Shown here piece after piece: positions 1 to 11,700 of a stretch of 64,000 nucleotides of DNA. Numbering within the stretch: position 1 is the first letter of the stretch; each line of letters begins with the position of its first letter. The notes beneath the pieces are model-generated. The model was not told where the DNA came from and made no database searches. It saw only the letters and a list, made by a program, of their open reading frames with translations. Position numbers and translations under genes: made by a program. The DNA lies in contig NC_052161.1 in NCBI RefSeq assembly GCF_902713615.1, forward strand, positions 20,552,579 through 20,616,578, read 5' to 3'. The DNA is from Scyliorhinus canicula. Taxonomy: Eukaryota.

Positions 1-790
1 GATGCAGCTGACCTACAATCCAAATTCAAAATGTTCAAACGTTCAAGAATGACAACCCCACAGATCACTGCATACAATTAAAGAAATCTCCAGGCAAGGT
101 TACCATGACAAGATCAGGGCATACCGGCAGATTATCTTCACGCTTTAGGGACTCATAGATTCATCAGTTCTACACACTTATGTAATGGTAATTAAACATC
201 AACATGTACTGTAAATAATTCCACTTTTTCAAAAAAGGAGGGTGTTGTTATATGCCTTTAAGAGATATCAGCATGTAATCACTAAAAGGGAAATGTGTCA
301 CGTGATACAATCTTAGTTTCATTTTTGATTTAAGCAGCAGAGCACACATCTAATACAACATAGAACATACAGTGCAGAAGTAGGCCATTCGGCCCATCGA
401 GTCTGCACCGACCCACTTAAGCCAGTTCCACCCCATCGCCGTAACCCAATAACCCCTCCTAACCTTTTTCGTCACTAAGGGCAATTTATCATGGCCAGTC
501 CACCTTAGCTGCACATCTTTGGATTGTGAGAGGAAACCGGAGGACCCGGAGGAAACCTACGCAGACACGGGGAGAACATGCAGACTCCGCACAGACAGAC
601 ACTGACCCAGCGGGGAATCGAACCTGGGACCCTGGCGCTGTGAAGCCACAGTGCTATCCACTTGTGCTACCGTGCTGCCCTCTTAATATCTTCAATTTTT
701 ATGCCGATCTATAACTATTCTCATGTGCTTCGTTTTAATAAATGAACACACAATGCCTTATGAGCGATTATGTATTACATCATCATAACA
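1..790 (+). mobile_element. 3' end of LTR retrotransposon: polypurine tract plus LTR (246-790), interrupted by a SINE
   Basis: AAAAAAGGAGGG (231-242) lies just before TGTTAT (246). The LTR closes with the inverted ATAACA (785-790), with AATAAA near 737. Confidence 0.6.
357..680 (-). mobile_element. HE1-type V-SINE (tRNA-derived)
   Basis: Minus strand has a tRNA-like head (GGGCAGCACGGTAGC..., B-box GGTTCGATTCC), V-domain core and CR1-like tail ending in (TTCTATG)n. Confidence 0.9.
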
Positions 791-1156
791 TGACAGTGAT
801 ATGTTCTGGAATGTGGTGCGTGAGTACTGGAAACTTGTTAGCATCTCCACAAAGTCTTTTCTCCGCACATGTACTTTAAAACAATGATGGTGAGAAATTG
901 GAATGCTGAGCAGTTTTTTGGATACTATAATTCTTTGAGTTCCTGCAGAGCACTCTGACAATTCTGGAGTGAAATACACCAGCTGCCTTCTTGGTGAGGG
1001 CACTAATCTGCATGCAGGTAGCATCCACTAGAAGTTTGCACTGAAGGCAGAGCATTACGTCACGAAGACCTGGCTGTGGACTGCAGCATCTCGGGATGGG
1101 TGGAAGCAGTCTGGGTTGTTTGGCTGACCAGCAATATCACTGGCAGGTTGCACCCT

Positions 1157-1751
1157 GGGCTGGATTCTCCGCAGCCCCGCGCTGAAATCCCGTTTGGCAC
1201 TGGGGCGGAGAATCAACTTTTGGGCTGAAATCGGGCCTGGTGCCGGTCCAACGATTCTCCGGGACCCGAGAATCGGCGTTTTCGCGAATTACTCTGCGCG
1301 GCTGAGGAGCCATTCCAGAGGCTCACCCAGCGATCCTCCGCTCCCAACTGGCCAAGTTCCCGATGGCGTGGAACTAATATGCGATGGCCGGTCGGGACTC
1401 TCGCGTGGCGGTTGCGGACTCAGTCCGTGGCCGCCCTGGTGGGGGGCGGGGGGCGGGGGGATCGGGCACCGGGGGGGGGGGGCCTTATGGGTGGCCAGGG
1501 GACAGATCGGGCAGGTTCGATGCAATGGCCGATCGGGGGGGGGGGGGGGGGGGGGGGCTACATCTTGCAGCTGCCTCCACAGTCCGTGTCCGCCATGGCG
1601 CGCGGCGCGGGAGCAGGTAAAGCTGTGTGAACTATTCTGGGTCCCTGCTAGCCCCCTGCATGGCACTGAATAGGCTCAAACTTTCTTCAGGAATGTTCGG
1701 AGTGAAACACCGGCATGGGGACATAGTCCCAATTTTGGGAGAATCCAGCCC
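1157..1751. mobile_element. GC-rich MITE, subfamily A (PIF/Harbinger-like non-autonomous element)
   Basis: Perfect 14-bp TIR GGGCTGGATTCTCC (1157-1170) / GGAGAATCCAGCCC (1738-1751). Flanks are CCT/CCC. Interior is homologous to 30615-31081. Confidence 0.8.
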
Positions 1752-1935
1752 CCCGCGTCTGCGTGGATTTCCTCCCACAAGTCCCGAAAGATCTGCTGTT
1801 AGTTAATTTGGACATTCTGAATTCTCCCTCCATGTACCCGAACAGGCGCTGGAATGTGACGAGTAGAGGCTTTTCACAATAACTTCATTGCAGTGTTAAT
1901 GTAAGCTTACTTGTGACAATAAAGATTATTATTAT
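1752..1935 (+). mobile_element. V-SINE variant with alternative 3' tail (5' truncated)
   Basis: V core followed by tail ...GGCTTTTCACAATAACTTCATTGCAGTGTTAATGTAAGCTTACTTGTGACAATAAAG(ATT)n. Confidence 0.8.
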
Positions 1936-2237
1936 ATCTTCAGGAGAGGGAACAGCAGGTTCTTGCTCCATGGAGCCATTGCCACTCACCTGAATCAGTG
2001 CCTCTGAAATATTAGTAATCTGTTGGCGAGTTGCTGAATTGTCCTGACTCGTCCCTTTGCCCATCTTAATCCACTGTCATGATGGCAGCAGTCTGAGCTT
2101 GATTGGCAACATGCTCACACAACCTCAGTGTGAACTTCCATACAGCATTCACATATCGGGTTTCTGCTGCTTCTGCTAGGATAGAAGCTGTGACATCACC
2201 CACCAGACACTGCACCATGGCTGATTCCATGGAACAG

Positions 2238-2525
2238 AGCACTGCTGCCGCACCGATCAAGGGACCCGGGTTCAATTCCGGCCTTGGGTGACTATAGAGT
2301 TTGCACTTTCTCCCCATGTCTGCATGTGTTTCCTCTGGGTGCTCCGGTTTCCTCCCACAGTCCAAAGATGTGCAGGCTAGGTGGATTGGGCAAGCTAAAT
2401 TGCCCATTAGTGTCCAAAAGGTTAGACAGGGATAGGGTTGGGCATGGGCCTAGGTAGGGTGCTCTTTCGGAGGATCGGGGCAGACGCGATGGGCCAGATG
2501 GCCTCCTTCTCCACTGTAGGGATTT
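2238..2525 (+). mobile_element. HE1-type V-SINE
   Basis: B-box GGTTCAATTCC, V core and CR1-like tail GATGGGCC...GGCCTCCTTCT. Confidence 0.85.
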
Positions 2526-2528
2526 TAA

Positions 2529-4035
2529 ATGGATTTGGCCATCACTTCCAAGAATATGCTGGACAAATTGTACACCACTATAAATAACAATGAAACAGAA
2601 CATCCAGAGGCCGTGTTCAAGGTGGTCGGGGACTTCAACCAGGCCAACCTCAAGAGTGAACTGCCAAAATTCCACCAACACATGCTTTCCCACCAAGGTT
2701 CCAACACTCTTGACCACTGCTACTCAAAAAACAAGGGTGCCTACCGATCCATCCCCCGACCACACTTCGGAAAATCAGATCATAAGACGGTGCTTCTTCT
2801 CTCGGCATACAAGTAGAGTCTTAAGCGGGAGAATCCCGTTAAGAAGGTCGTGCAGTGCTGATTCATGGCAACAGAAGAGCTCCTCCGTGACTGCTTGGAA
2901 TCAGTGGACTGGTCCATATTTAAGAACACAGCGACCAACCTAAATGAGTATGCCACCGCCATCACAGACTTTACCAGCAAATGTGTAGAAGACGGTGTGC
3001 CAAAGAAAGTAGTATGTATGTTCCCCAACCTGAAACCATGGCTTAATCAGGAGATTCCCTACTTGGCCCTGAGGCCAAGTCTGAGGCATTCAAGTCAGAT
3101 GACCCTGACCTGTACAGGAAATCCAGGTACGACGTCCGCAAAGTCATCAGGATGCAAAGAGACAATATCAAACCAAGCTAGAGTCACAGACTAACGTCAC
3201 GGACTCTCGTCGATTGTGGCTAGGCTTAAATAACATAACGGGCTACAAAGTGAAGTCGAGTAGAGTCTCCGGCAGCAGCGCACCCCTCCCTGATGAACTC
3301 AATCCATTATTTGCTCGGCTCGAGCAAGAAACCATCAAACTGCTGTCAACTGCCCCAGCAGCCTCGGACACACCCATACCCACCATCACAGCTTCCGAAG
3401 TCAGATCGGCCTTCTTGAAAGTGAACCCTCGGAAAGTGAAGGGTCCTGACGGGGTCCCTGGTCGTGCACTCAGTTCCTGCGCGGACCAGCTGTCAGATAT
3501 GTCGGCGGACATCTTCAACCTGTCCCTACTCCGTTCTGAGGTCCCCACCTGCTTCACGAAGAACACCATCATACCGGTACCAAAGAAGAACCAGGCAATG
3601 TGCCTCAATGACTATTGACCGGTGGCCTTGACATTGATCATAATGAAGTGCTTCGAGAGGTTGGTCATGAGGCACATCAACTCCATACTCCCAGAATGAC
3701 TAGATCCACTGCAATTTGCATATCGCCGCAACCGGTCCACAGCAGACGCCATCTCCCTGGTTCTACACGGATCCCTGAAGCATCTCGACAACAAGGACTT
3801 CCATGTCAGACTCCTATTCATTGACTACAGCTCCATAATCAACACCATAATCCCAGCAAAGCGCAGAGCAAAGCTCGAAAACCGAGGACTTGGCTCCTCA
3901 CTCTGCAACTGGACCCTCGACTTCCTAACCCATAGACCACAATCAGTAAGAATACACACCAACACCTCCTCCACGATAGTCCTCAACACCAGGGACCCGT
4001 AAGGCTGCATACTTAGCCCCCTACTATGCTCCCTA
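2529..4035 (+). mobile_element. Rex1/Babar-like LINE, decayed endonuclease-RT region
   Basis: Frameshifted ORFs give VVGDFNQANL, TLDHCYS, PHFGKSDH, VNPRK.KGPDGVPGRAL..CADQL, IIPVPKK..CLNDY and [17 protein letters not shown]. Confidence 0.9.
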
Positions 4036-4037
4036 TA

Positions 4038-4160
4038 ATGTGGAGATGACGGCGTTGGACTGGGGTGGGCACAGTAAGAAGTCTTACAACACCAGGTTAA
4101 AGTCCACCAGGTTTATTTGGAATCACTAGCTTTCGGAGCGTAGCTCCTCCATCAAGTGAT
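4038..4160 (-). mobile_element. Short Penelope-like terminal element with degenerate hammerhead core
   Basis: Reverse complement matches 21695-21812. Core reads UCAC-UUGAUGG-A-GGAGC-UAC-GCUCC-GAAAGCUA-GUGA, with two core substitutions. Confidence 0.7.
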
Positions 4161-4304
4161 CACAAACAAGTTCTGCTGTAGGGGACTCAGGAGAGGATTT
4201 CAATGTGGAGTCGACAGACAAGTGCTGATGAACATGGACATCAAGATTCTTGGTGCTTTGGCAGGTTTGTCAGGGGAGCCTGGCTCCAATGACAAGTGGA
4301 GTAC

Positions 4305-4648
4305 GGGCGGCACAGTGGTTAGCAATGCTGCCTCACATGGCCAGGGACCCAGATTTGATTACGCTTTCGATGACTGTGTGAAGTTTGCACATTGTTCCCG
4401 TGTTCCGTGGGTTTCCTCCGGGTGCTCTGGTTTCCTCCCAAAATCCAAAGATGTGCAGGTTAAGTGCATCAGACATGCTTGTGTTCCTCAGTGTCAAAGG
4501 ATGTGCAGATTAGGTGGATTGGCTATGGTCAATATGTGGGATTACAGGGACAGGGTTGGGAATTGGGCCGAGATAGAGTGCTCTTTCAGAGGGTCGGTGC
4601 AGACTCGATGGGCCGAATGGTCTCCTTCTGCACTCTAGAGATTCTATG
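4305..4648 (+). mobile_element. HE1-type V-SINE
   Basis: Head GGGCGGCACAGTGGTTAGC, V core and CR1-like tail. Confidence 0.9.
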
Positions 4649-4910
4649 GAATGTGAGGGGGCAAAATGAAGGCTATGAATGCTAGGTATGAGTACAGATT
4701 TATAGAGATTGTTGGTAAATGCATGAAATGGGTATGGTGATTTGAGCAATATCTGATGCTCGTGCTCTGTAGTTTGCCACATACAGCATTTGAAGATGCA
4801 TTTTCTGATCTTGACCACTCATCTGAGGTCATTTTGCAGTACCACATCCACGTCCTAATGGCTTGCCTCCTAATGTTGACCGTCAATGTTAGCTTGGGCT
4901 AACCAGCTAG

Positions 4911-5087
4911 GGGCTGGTTTAGCACAGTGGGCTAAATAGCTGGCTTGTAATGAAGAACACGACCAGCAGCGCGGGTCCCGTTCCCGTACCGGCCGCCCCG
5001 AACAGGCACCGGAATATGGCGACTAGGGGCTTTTCACAATAACTTCATTGAAGCCTACTCGTGACAATAATTGATGATTATTATTAT
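4911..5087 (+). mobile_element. Short tRNA-derived SINE without V core
   Basis: Head GGGCTGGTTTAGCACAGTGGGCTAAATAGC joined directly to the tail shared with 1752-1935. Other copies are at 24938-25120 and 58739-58920. Confidence 0.8.
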
Positions 5088-5639
5088 CTCTGCCCACTCC
5101 CTTTTAAGCCTGTATCCGCACGTCCCTCCTGGCCCCTTCAATCTCTCCTACTTTCCACCCCCAAGGCCCTCAGTATTGTTCAGTACAACACAGAAAACCA
5201 TATATCCTGCACTCTCCCACGTTGTGCCGTTCTCACAAAAAACTTACATTTTCCAGAAGCATGAAAAACCCGTCCTTCAACACCTCAGAGAACAATTCAC
5301 ACAAACAACTTTCCGATTTTCTGAGCTCCTCTCCCTGAGCATTAGCACAACTACCTCACAACAGCACAACATCTATTTGCAATTCCATGAGATATTCATT
5401 AGTAACAACACAATACAGAGCACATTCTAGCAGATAAATAGAAAAACCTCTATCTGACGCAGAGACCAGAATTGGTCAATGTGAGGTGTTGCTCTGAACT
5501 ATTGTGCAGCTTCTAGGTTCAATCACTACTTTGCTCTGAGTCAATTGATTTCAGCCAAGTAACGCTGGAGATGTTATGACTGACCTCAAACTACCTCAGA
5601 CTAGAGAAGAGATAGAATGGCCTTCAGGTGGGTACTTTC

Positions 5640-6880
5640 GTTTCCTTCAGCTTGTACTGATCTTCACTGCAGACTCGAAACAGAAGTAAAGCTGCAGCAG
5701 TGACAAGGAGAAAACACAGCTCCTCTTCCTTCAAGGGTCTAGCGGCTTCTCTGGAAAGGTTGTCTATTTTCTCTGTAGATTCAGTATTATTTCAAGTTTA
5801 CAACAAATATGTGCCATTAGAACAATAAAGCAGTTCTTTCAGCAAGGGAGAGAGAGAGTGCTCCTTCTCCTTCCAAGGTTTAAACACTTGTGCCAAGCTC
5901 TCTCAGAAAGCATCATGCAGGAACCAATCACTGACTGTTACATAGAACAGTACAGCACAGAACAGGTCCTTCGGCCCTCGATGTGGAGCCGAGCCTTGTC
6001 GGAAACCAAGATCAAGCTATCCCACTCCCTGTCATTCTGGTTTGCTCCATGTGCCTATCCGATAACCGCTTGAAAGTTCCTCAAGTGTCTGACTCCACTA
6101 TCACAGCAGGCAGTCCATCCCACACTCTAACCACTCTCTGAGTAAAGAACCTACCTCGGATATCCCTCCTATATCTCCCACCCTAAATCTTATAGTTATG
6201 CCCCCTTGTAACAGCTACATCCACCCGAGGAAATAGTCTCTGAAAGTCCACTCTATCTATCCCCCTCATCATCTTATAAACTTTTATTAAGTCGCCTCTC
6301 ATCCTCCTCCGCTCAAAAGAGAAAAGCCCTAGCTCCCTCAACCTTTCCTCATAAGATCTATCCTGCAAACCAGGCAGCATCCTGGTAAATCTCCTTTGCA
6401 CCCTTTCCAATGCTTCCACATCCTTCCTATAGTGAGGTGACCAGAACTGCACACAATACCCCAAATGTGGTCTCACCAGGGTCATGTACAGTTGCAGCAT
6501 AACCCCACGGCTCTTAAACTCAAGCCGCCTGTTAATAAACGCTAACACACTATAGGGCTTTTTCATGGCTCTATTCACTTGAGTGGCAACCTTCAGAGAT
6601 CTGTGGACATGAACCCCAAGATCTCTCTGTTCCTCCACATTCCTCAGATTGTCAGATAGAACACTGTCCCTGGCCAACCCACAGGTTGCCAGCCAGCCGA
6701 TCAAACTGACTTCCTCTAAATCCTTCCAAAGATTCATTCGGCGCCGACGAGTCTGTTTCTCCTTTCCAAAATACAAAACCTAGGAACACACTGTCCTGGT
6801 AAGCACTCTTTTGCTTAAAGGCACATTCCAATAATGAGTCCACAGACCAAAAATAATAAAATGAAATAAATGGGAACAAA
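5640..6880 (-). mobile_element. LTR-like repeat split by a CR1 insertion
   Basis: Joining 5890-5940 to 6648-6810 gives the reverse complement of 52780-52990 (GGAAGTCAGTTTGAT...TTGGCCAGGGACAGTGTTCT..CTGACAACAGTCAGTGATT). Confidence 0.6.
5941..6647 (-). mobile_element. CR1 (HER1-like) LINE 3' end
   Basis: ORF 6183-6776 contains EQRDLGVHVHRSLK, LVRPHLGYCVQFWSP, LERVQRRFTRMLPGL and RRRMRGDLI, followed by a 3' UTR and tail. Confidence 0.95.
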
Positions 6881-7309
6881 GGAGGTAAATAAGAAGGACT
6901 GTTACAATATCAATAATATCCAGGTATGTCTGAAACTGGACCCAAGTGCAATTCAATATCTTGATGAAGAAAATAATTATGTTGGGAAACCTCAGCTCAA
7001 GAGGTTTCAAGAAGAAATAAGATCTTTATTACATAAACACTGGTGGTATGGCACCTATCTGACTTAAATTCCAGAGGCATTCTGAGGAATGGCTTAATTA
7101 GATCGGTTACAGAACAGAAGGAATTCAATTGATTCAGCCAACGTCAACATTCTGCAAAAGCAATTTAGCCCTTTGCCCACAGCCCTGTAAATATTGTCCC
7201 ATCGTATCTCCTCTTGAAAACGATGATTAAGTCTACCTCCACCAAACTCCCATACAGTGCATTCCAGATCCCAACCATCCATTGTGCAAAATATTTAATT
7301 CTACTAGTT

Positions 7310-8630
7310 TTTAAAATTCATTTACGGGATGAGGGCGTCACTGGTTAGGCCAGCATTTATTGCCCATCCCTAGTTCCCCTTCAGAAGGTGGTGGTGAGTT
7401 GCCTTCTTGAACCGCTGCAGTTCTTGAGGTGTAGGCACACCCACTGTGCTGTTTGGGAGGGAGTTCCAGGATGTTGCCCCAGTGACAGTGAAGGAACGGC
7501 AATATATTTCCATATCAGAGTGGTGAGTGACTTGGAGGGGAACCTCCAGGTGGTGGGGTTCCCAGGTGTCTGCTGCTCTTGTCCTTCTAGATGGTAGTGG
7601 TCGTAGGTTTGGAAGGTGCTTCCTAAGGAACCTTGGTGAGTTATTGAAGTGCACCTTGTAGATGGTACACATGGCTGGCACTGTTCGTCGGTGGCAGAGG
7701 GTTTGAATGTTAGTGGAAGGGGGAGCAATCAAGCGGGCTGTTTTGTCCTGCATGGTGTCGAGCGTCTTGAGTGTTGATAGAGCTGCACTCATCCAGGCAA
7801 GTGGGGAGTATTCCATTAGGCTCCTGACCTGTGCCTTGTAGATGGTGGACACGATTTGCGGTAGGGGCGTGAGGAGGTGAGTTACTCGCCATAGGATTCC
7901 TGGGGTGCGATTCTCCCAAAGGGAGACAAAGTGCCAACTCCTCGCCCCCTATTCTCCCACCCCCAGGGGGCTAGGAGCGGCGGCGCGTCAATCTCGCGCG
8001 CCGGGCCTTGAAGCCTGCATCAAAGCAGCGGCGCCTGAATGACGTGGCCGGCGGTGCCTAAATGACGTCACTCGCACATGCGCGGTTGCCGTCCTCCACT
8101 CCGCCGCCCCACAAGACATGGAGGATTGATCTTGCGGGGCGGCGGAGGGAAAGAGTGCGTCTTTCAGAGACGCCGGCCCGACGATTGGTGGGCACCGATC
8201 GCGGGCCAGACCCCTCCTGAGCACCCCCTTGGTGCTCGATCCTCCCTCCGCACCCCACAGGCCCCACACGCAGCGGTCACGCGCTGTTCACGCCGACAGC
8301 GACCAGGTGTGGTTGGCGCCGGCGTGAACCGGTCGGATTAGGCAGGCCACTCGGCCCATCCGACAAAACGCGACACGCCGTTTTGGGGGGGGTGGGAGAA
8401 TCGCGTGCGGGTGCCAGGGCGCATGGCGTGAATTGCCCGGCACTCCCGCGATTCTCCCACCTGGCGTGGGGGTGGGAGAATCGCGCCCCTCGCCTTTGAA
8501 CTGCCCTGGTAGCCACAGTATTGATATGGCTAGTCCAGTTCAATTTCTGATCAATGGTAACCTCCAGGATGTTGATTGTGGGGGATTCAGCGATGGTAAT
8601 GCCATTGAATGTCAAGGGGCGGTGGTAAGT
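7310..8630 (-). mobile_element. CR1-group LINE 3' fragment (second family), interrupted by a MITE
   Basis: TIDQKLNWTSHINTVATRA...STIYKAQVRSLMEYSPLAWMSA...LDTMQDKTARLI...WNSLPNS. A related fragment lies at about 19190-19385. Confidence 0.85.
7903..8488. mobile_element. GC-rich MITE, subfamily B
   Basis: TIR GGGTGCGATTCTCCC / GGGAGAATCGCGCCC with 3-bp flanks CTG/CTC. It cleanly interrupts the LINE and contains TGACGTCA. Confidence 0.85.
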
Positions 8631-11484
8631 AGAAGTTGCAATCCTACTTTGTAGTTTGATGGTCTTTACATAGGAGGAATTAGCTTCACTGTGGAGCTCG
8701 ATGATATTGAGCAATGTTCCAAAATGATCAAACTCCCACTCCTGCACCTCAAAACAGTGTTGAGGCCATCCAATTCCAAATACAAATGGCCTAAGCATAA
8801 AATCAAAGAAACAAAGCACAGAGAGGAGGTCATTCAGCCTGTCATGTTAGTGCTGGTATGCAGACTGTGCGTGAAAATTGCAATCAGGGTTTTACAAGTA
8901 CCACAGTAACCCTATTTGCACAGTTAAGCACCATCCCACTTGTTGCAAGCAGGCTAGCTGCTCACCCATTTACAAGCCCAAGAAACTGCATTTGGCAGGT
9001 CTTGCGTATCAGTGGAGCAGTCAAGGTGCCCAGTTGTTATTTGCTGGATTCCCATTTGTTAGATGAGAAATAGGAGATCTGAAGTTAAAAATAAAATCAC
9101 TTGCCCCAACCCCCAGTATACATGGTTAAGCCTGTTTTCAGCTCAAGACACAACACCACTAAAGCACCATACTGCACAAAAGGCATTTTATGTTGCCTTT
9201 TGATTTCATCAGTGAACCACACCTAAGTACAAGGAGCAGGCTGTCTTATTGTATTGTGGCCTCTCCTTACACTATAGCCCTTGGGCGTTCTCATTTGCCA
9301 CTGTATTGCGTCATACCAAACCTTTCCATGGTATCTATCCTTCCAGAAACAAACTGAATTTTGATTACTAGCATAATGCTCAAAGACTGCTGTTCACTTA
9401 TTCACTCCAACAAACACTCTGAGATTTTATTTCTCATCAATCATCCAAAGCCCAACTTACATCACGAGCGTTTTTCTTTGCAAATTACGAAGAAGCATCC
9501 CATTGTACAGGTCTGGAACAGCACATTCAGACACCTTTAACAGCAACATTAGAATTTGGATTTCAGCTACTTAGTAATAATTTCTACATGAAAAAATGTA
9601 TGGCTTGAAGGTGAATAAGTTAATTCCAGTATCTGACAGAACATAAGTCAATCCTACTGCTACTCTCCGCATCTAAATAAGTTCCCGTGCATAAAACCTA
9701 GACCATGCTTCAGAACAGAATGGATAGTCCATCTGAAAAGATCTTCATTTTGTGAAAATGCAGCCTGGAGTTTCCATTGGGGTCTCCCGGCAGAAGAATC
9801 TCTAGAGAAATGACTAAAAGTTACAAAAAGAGGTGATGAGAATCCCATGGAAATTTTCTCTCATGCAGTTGAATAAATTTGGCTTATTCATGGCCCCCCC
9901 CCCCCCCCCCCCCCAAGCACCACCACCTCGTTAGAAAAGTCAGTCGAAAACCAACTCTAGAAAAGGCTACTGCACAGAAATATTACTCTGCGGATAGCCT
10001 TAAAGAGCAAAGAGCTCCTCAGTGGAAGGATGGTTCTCCTCCCGTCTCGAAAGTTGCTGGCCAAATTTTTCCACTCTCACCCGGCTTCTACCACAGGCTT
10101 AGCGATGTCTTTAGACTGTCATTAATTTAGGCTTCAATAGACTCAAGGGTGGGCGGGCTGGTGGGCGCCTTACCCACCCACTATTATGGCCATTGGTGGA
10201 TTGCCCATCATCTCTCTGCCCACCCATTATATCTTGTGGCCTTCCCCCTCTGAAAACGCGGGTGGCAAGAGGCCATAAAATCTAAATTTTTAGCGTAGAA
10301 TTTCAAACTGGGGTGTCGTGCTGTACAAAAACTTGAGATAATCCCTGGGGCTCTACAAGGTCATTAGAGATATCAGGTTTGTGTATATTTCTGTACAGCA
10401 TTTGTACATTATCAACATGTTAGTTCTTGTCATGATTTTTTATGCTGGATTTTTGCTAAATTTCATTGCCACGGGCAGCTAAATGAAGAGTTTAAAGTTT
10501 AAGACAGTGAATCATACACTTCGTAAAATGAATTTCTCCTCAATACTTGAAATGTTAATGTTGCTCTGTATACATTGACTTAAAAACAGAAGCACATTCC
10601 TTGCTCTGTGAAACATGCTGTAATTGCAGAACTAACCTATCTTTTCTGCTGGCTGGCACAAACTTAACGTACAGAACTATTCAGCTGGCTAGCAAGCAGA
10701 AAACTGCCTGCCTTCCGTCACAGAGTTGGCTCACATAGATCTTTGAAAGATATACTGAAACAAAGGGCTGTATTTGCCTTATCAGTACAAAATATATTGC
10801 CAATCCCCGACAATAGTATGGAGTGCTTGCCATGCAATGTTAAATTTACAGCCAAATGCAACAATTAGGACCTTAGACTCCACATTGTGATTTCCTTAAC
10901 AACTCATATCTTGTGGAGTAGACAAGCTGGTCTGGTCTCTGAATTCATTATGTTCCTCTTCAGAAATATCCTGTGTGACCTTGGATTTTCACCCCTTATA
11001 TACTGTTGCCAGCAATTGAAAAGTACAAGTTAAAATTTTAATGCAGACAAATAGTTTTTGTCAAAATTCAATTTTTGTTTGCCTTTTATTCCTTAATGGT
11101 AGTTCTACTTTCTATCGGATAGTCAATACCCTCCTGTGGCTGGTCAGATGGGAGTTCCTGAGATTATCTCAATGTGTGCACAGGGTCTCTGTCAACAATG
11201 ATTGAAAAGCCATGGTCAACCAAGGCACTAAATCCTTCTAACCACAACAGATATCTTGCAATAATATTTAGAATACATTCCCAAGCGCATTTCAATATAA
11301 AAGTGAAGACCTAAACTTGGCACTTTTCTTAATTATTCACAATGTTTGGGAAATTAGGGCAAAAGTAGTTGCTAAGCTAATCTATATTCCATAACAAAAA
11401 TTAAATAGTTAATAAATCCATCAGTCGGTTCAGATGGGTTTGTTTTCAGCCTCACTCTGTGACAGGGTCATCTCCCCTAAAATG

Positions 11485-11700
11485 CAGAATCACGGAATCA
11501 TAGAAAAACACAGCACAGAAGGAGGCCATTCCGTCCATCGTGTTTATGAGAGCTCTTTTGTGGGTTATTAAATTAGTCCCACTCACCTGCTCTTTCCTCA
11601 AAGCCCTGTAAATATTTTCCTCTCAAGTGTTTATCCAATTTCCTTTTAAAAGTTACTACTGAATCTGCTTCCACTACCATTTCATAACACAATTTGCTGC
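11485..11700 (-). mobile_element. Old CR1-type 3' tail fragment
   Basis: AGAATCATAGAA..CAGCACAGAAGGAGGCCATT tail plus 3' UTR. Similar pieces occur at 7140-7290, 16870-17235, 53830-54120 and 58520-58680. Confidence 0.65.
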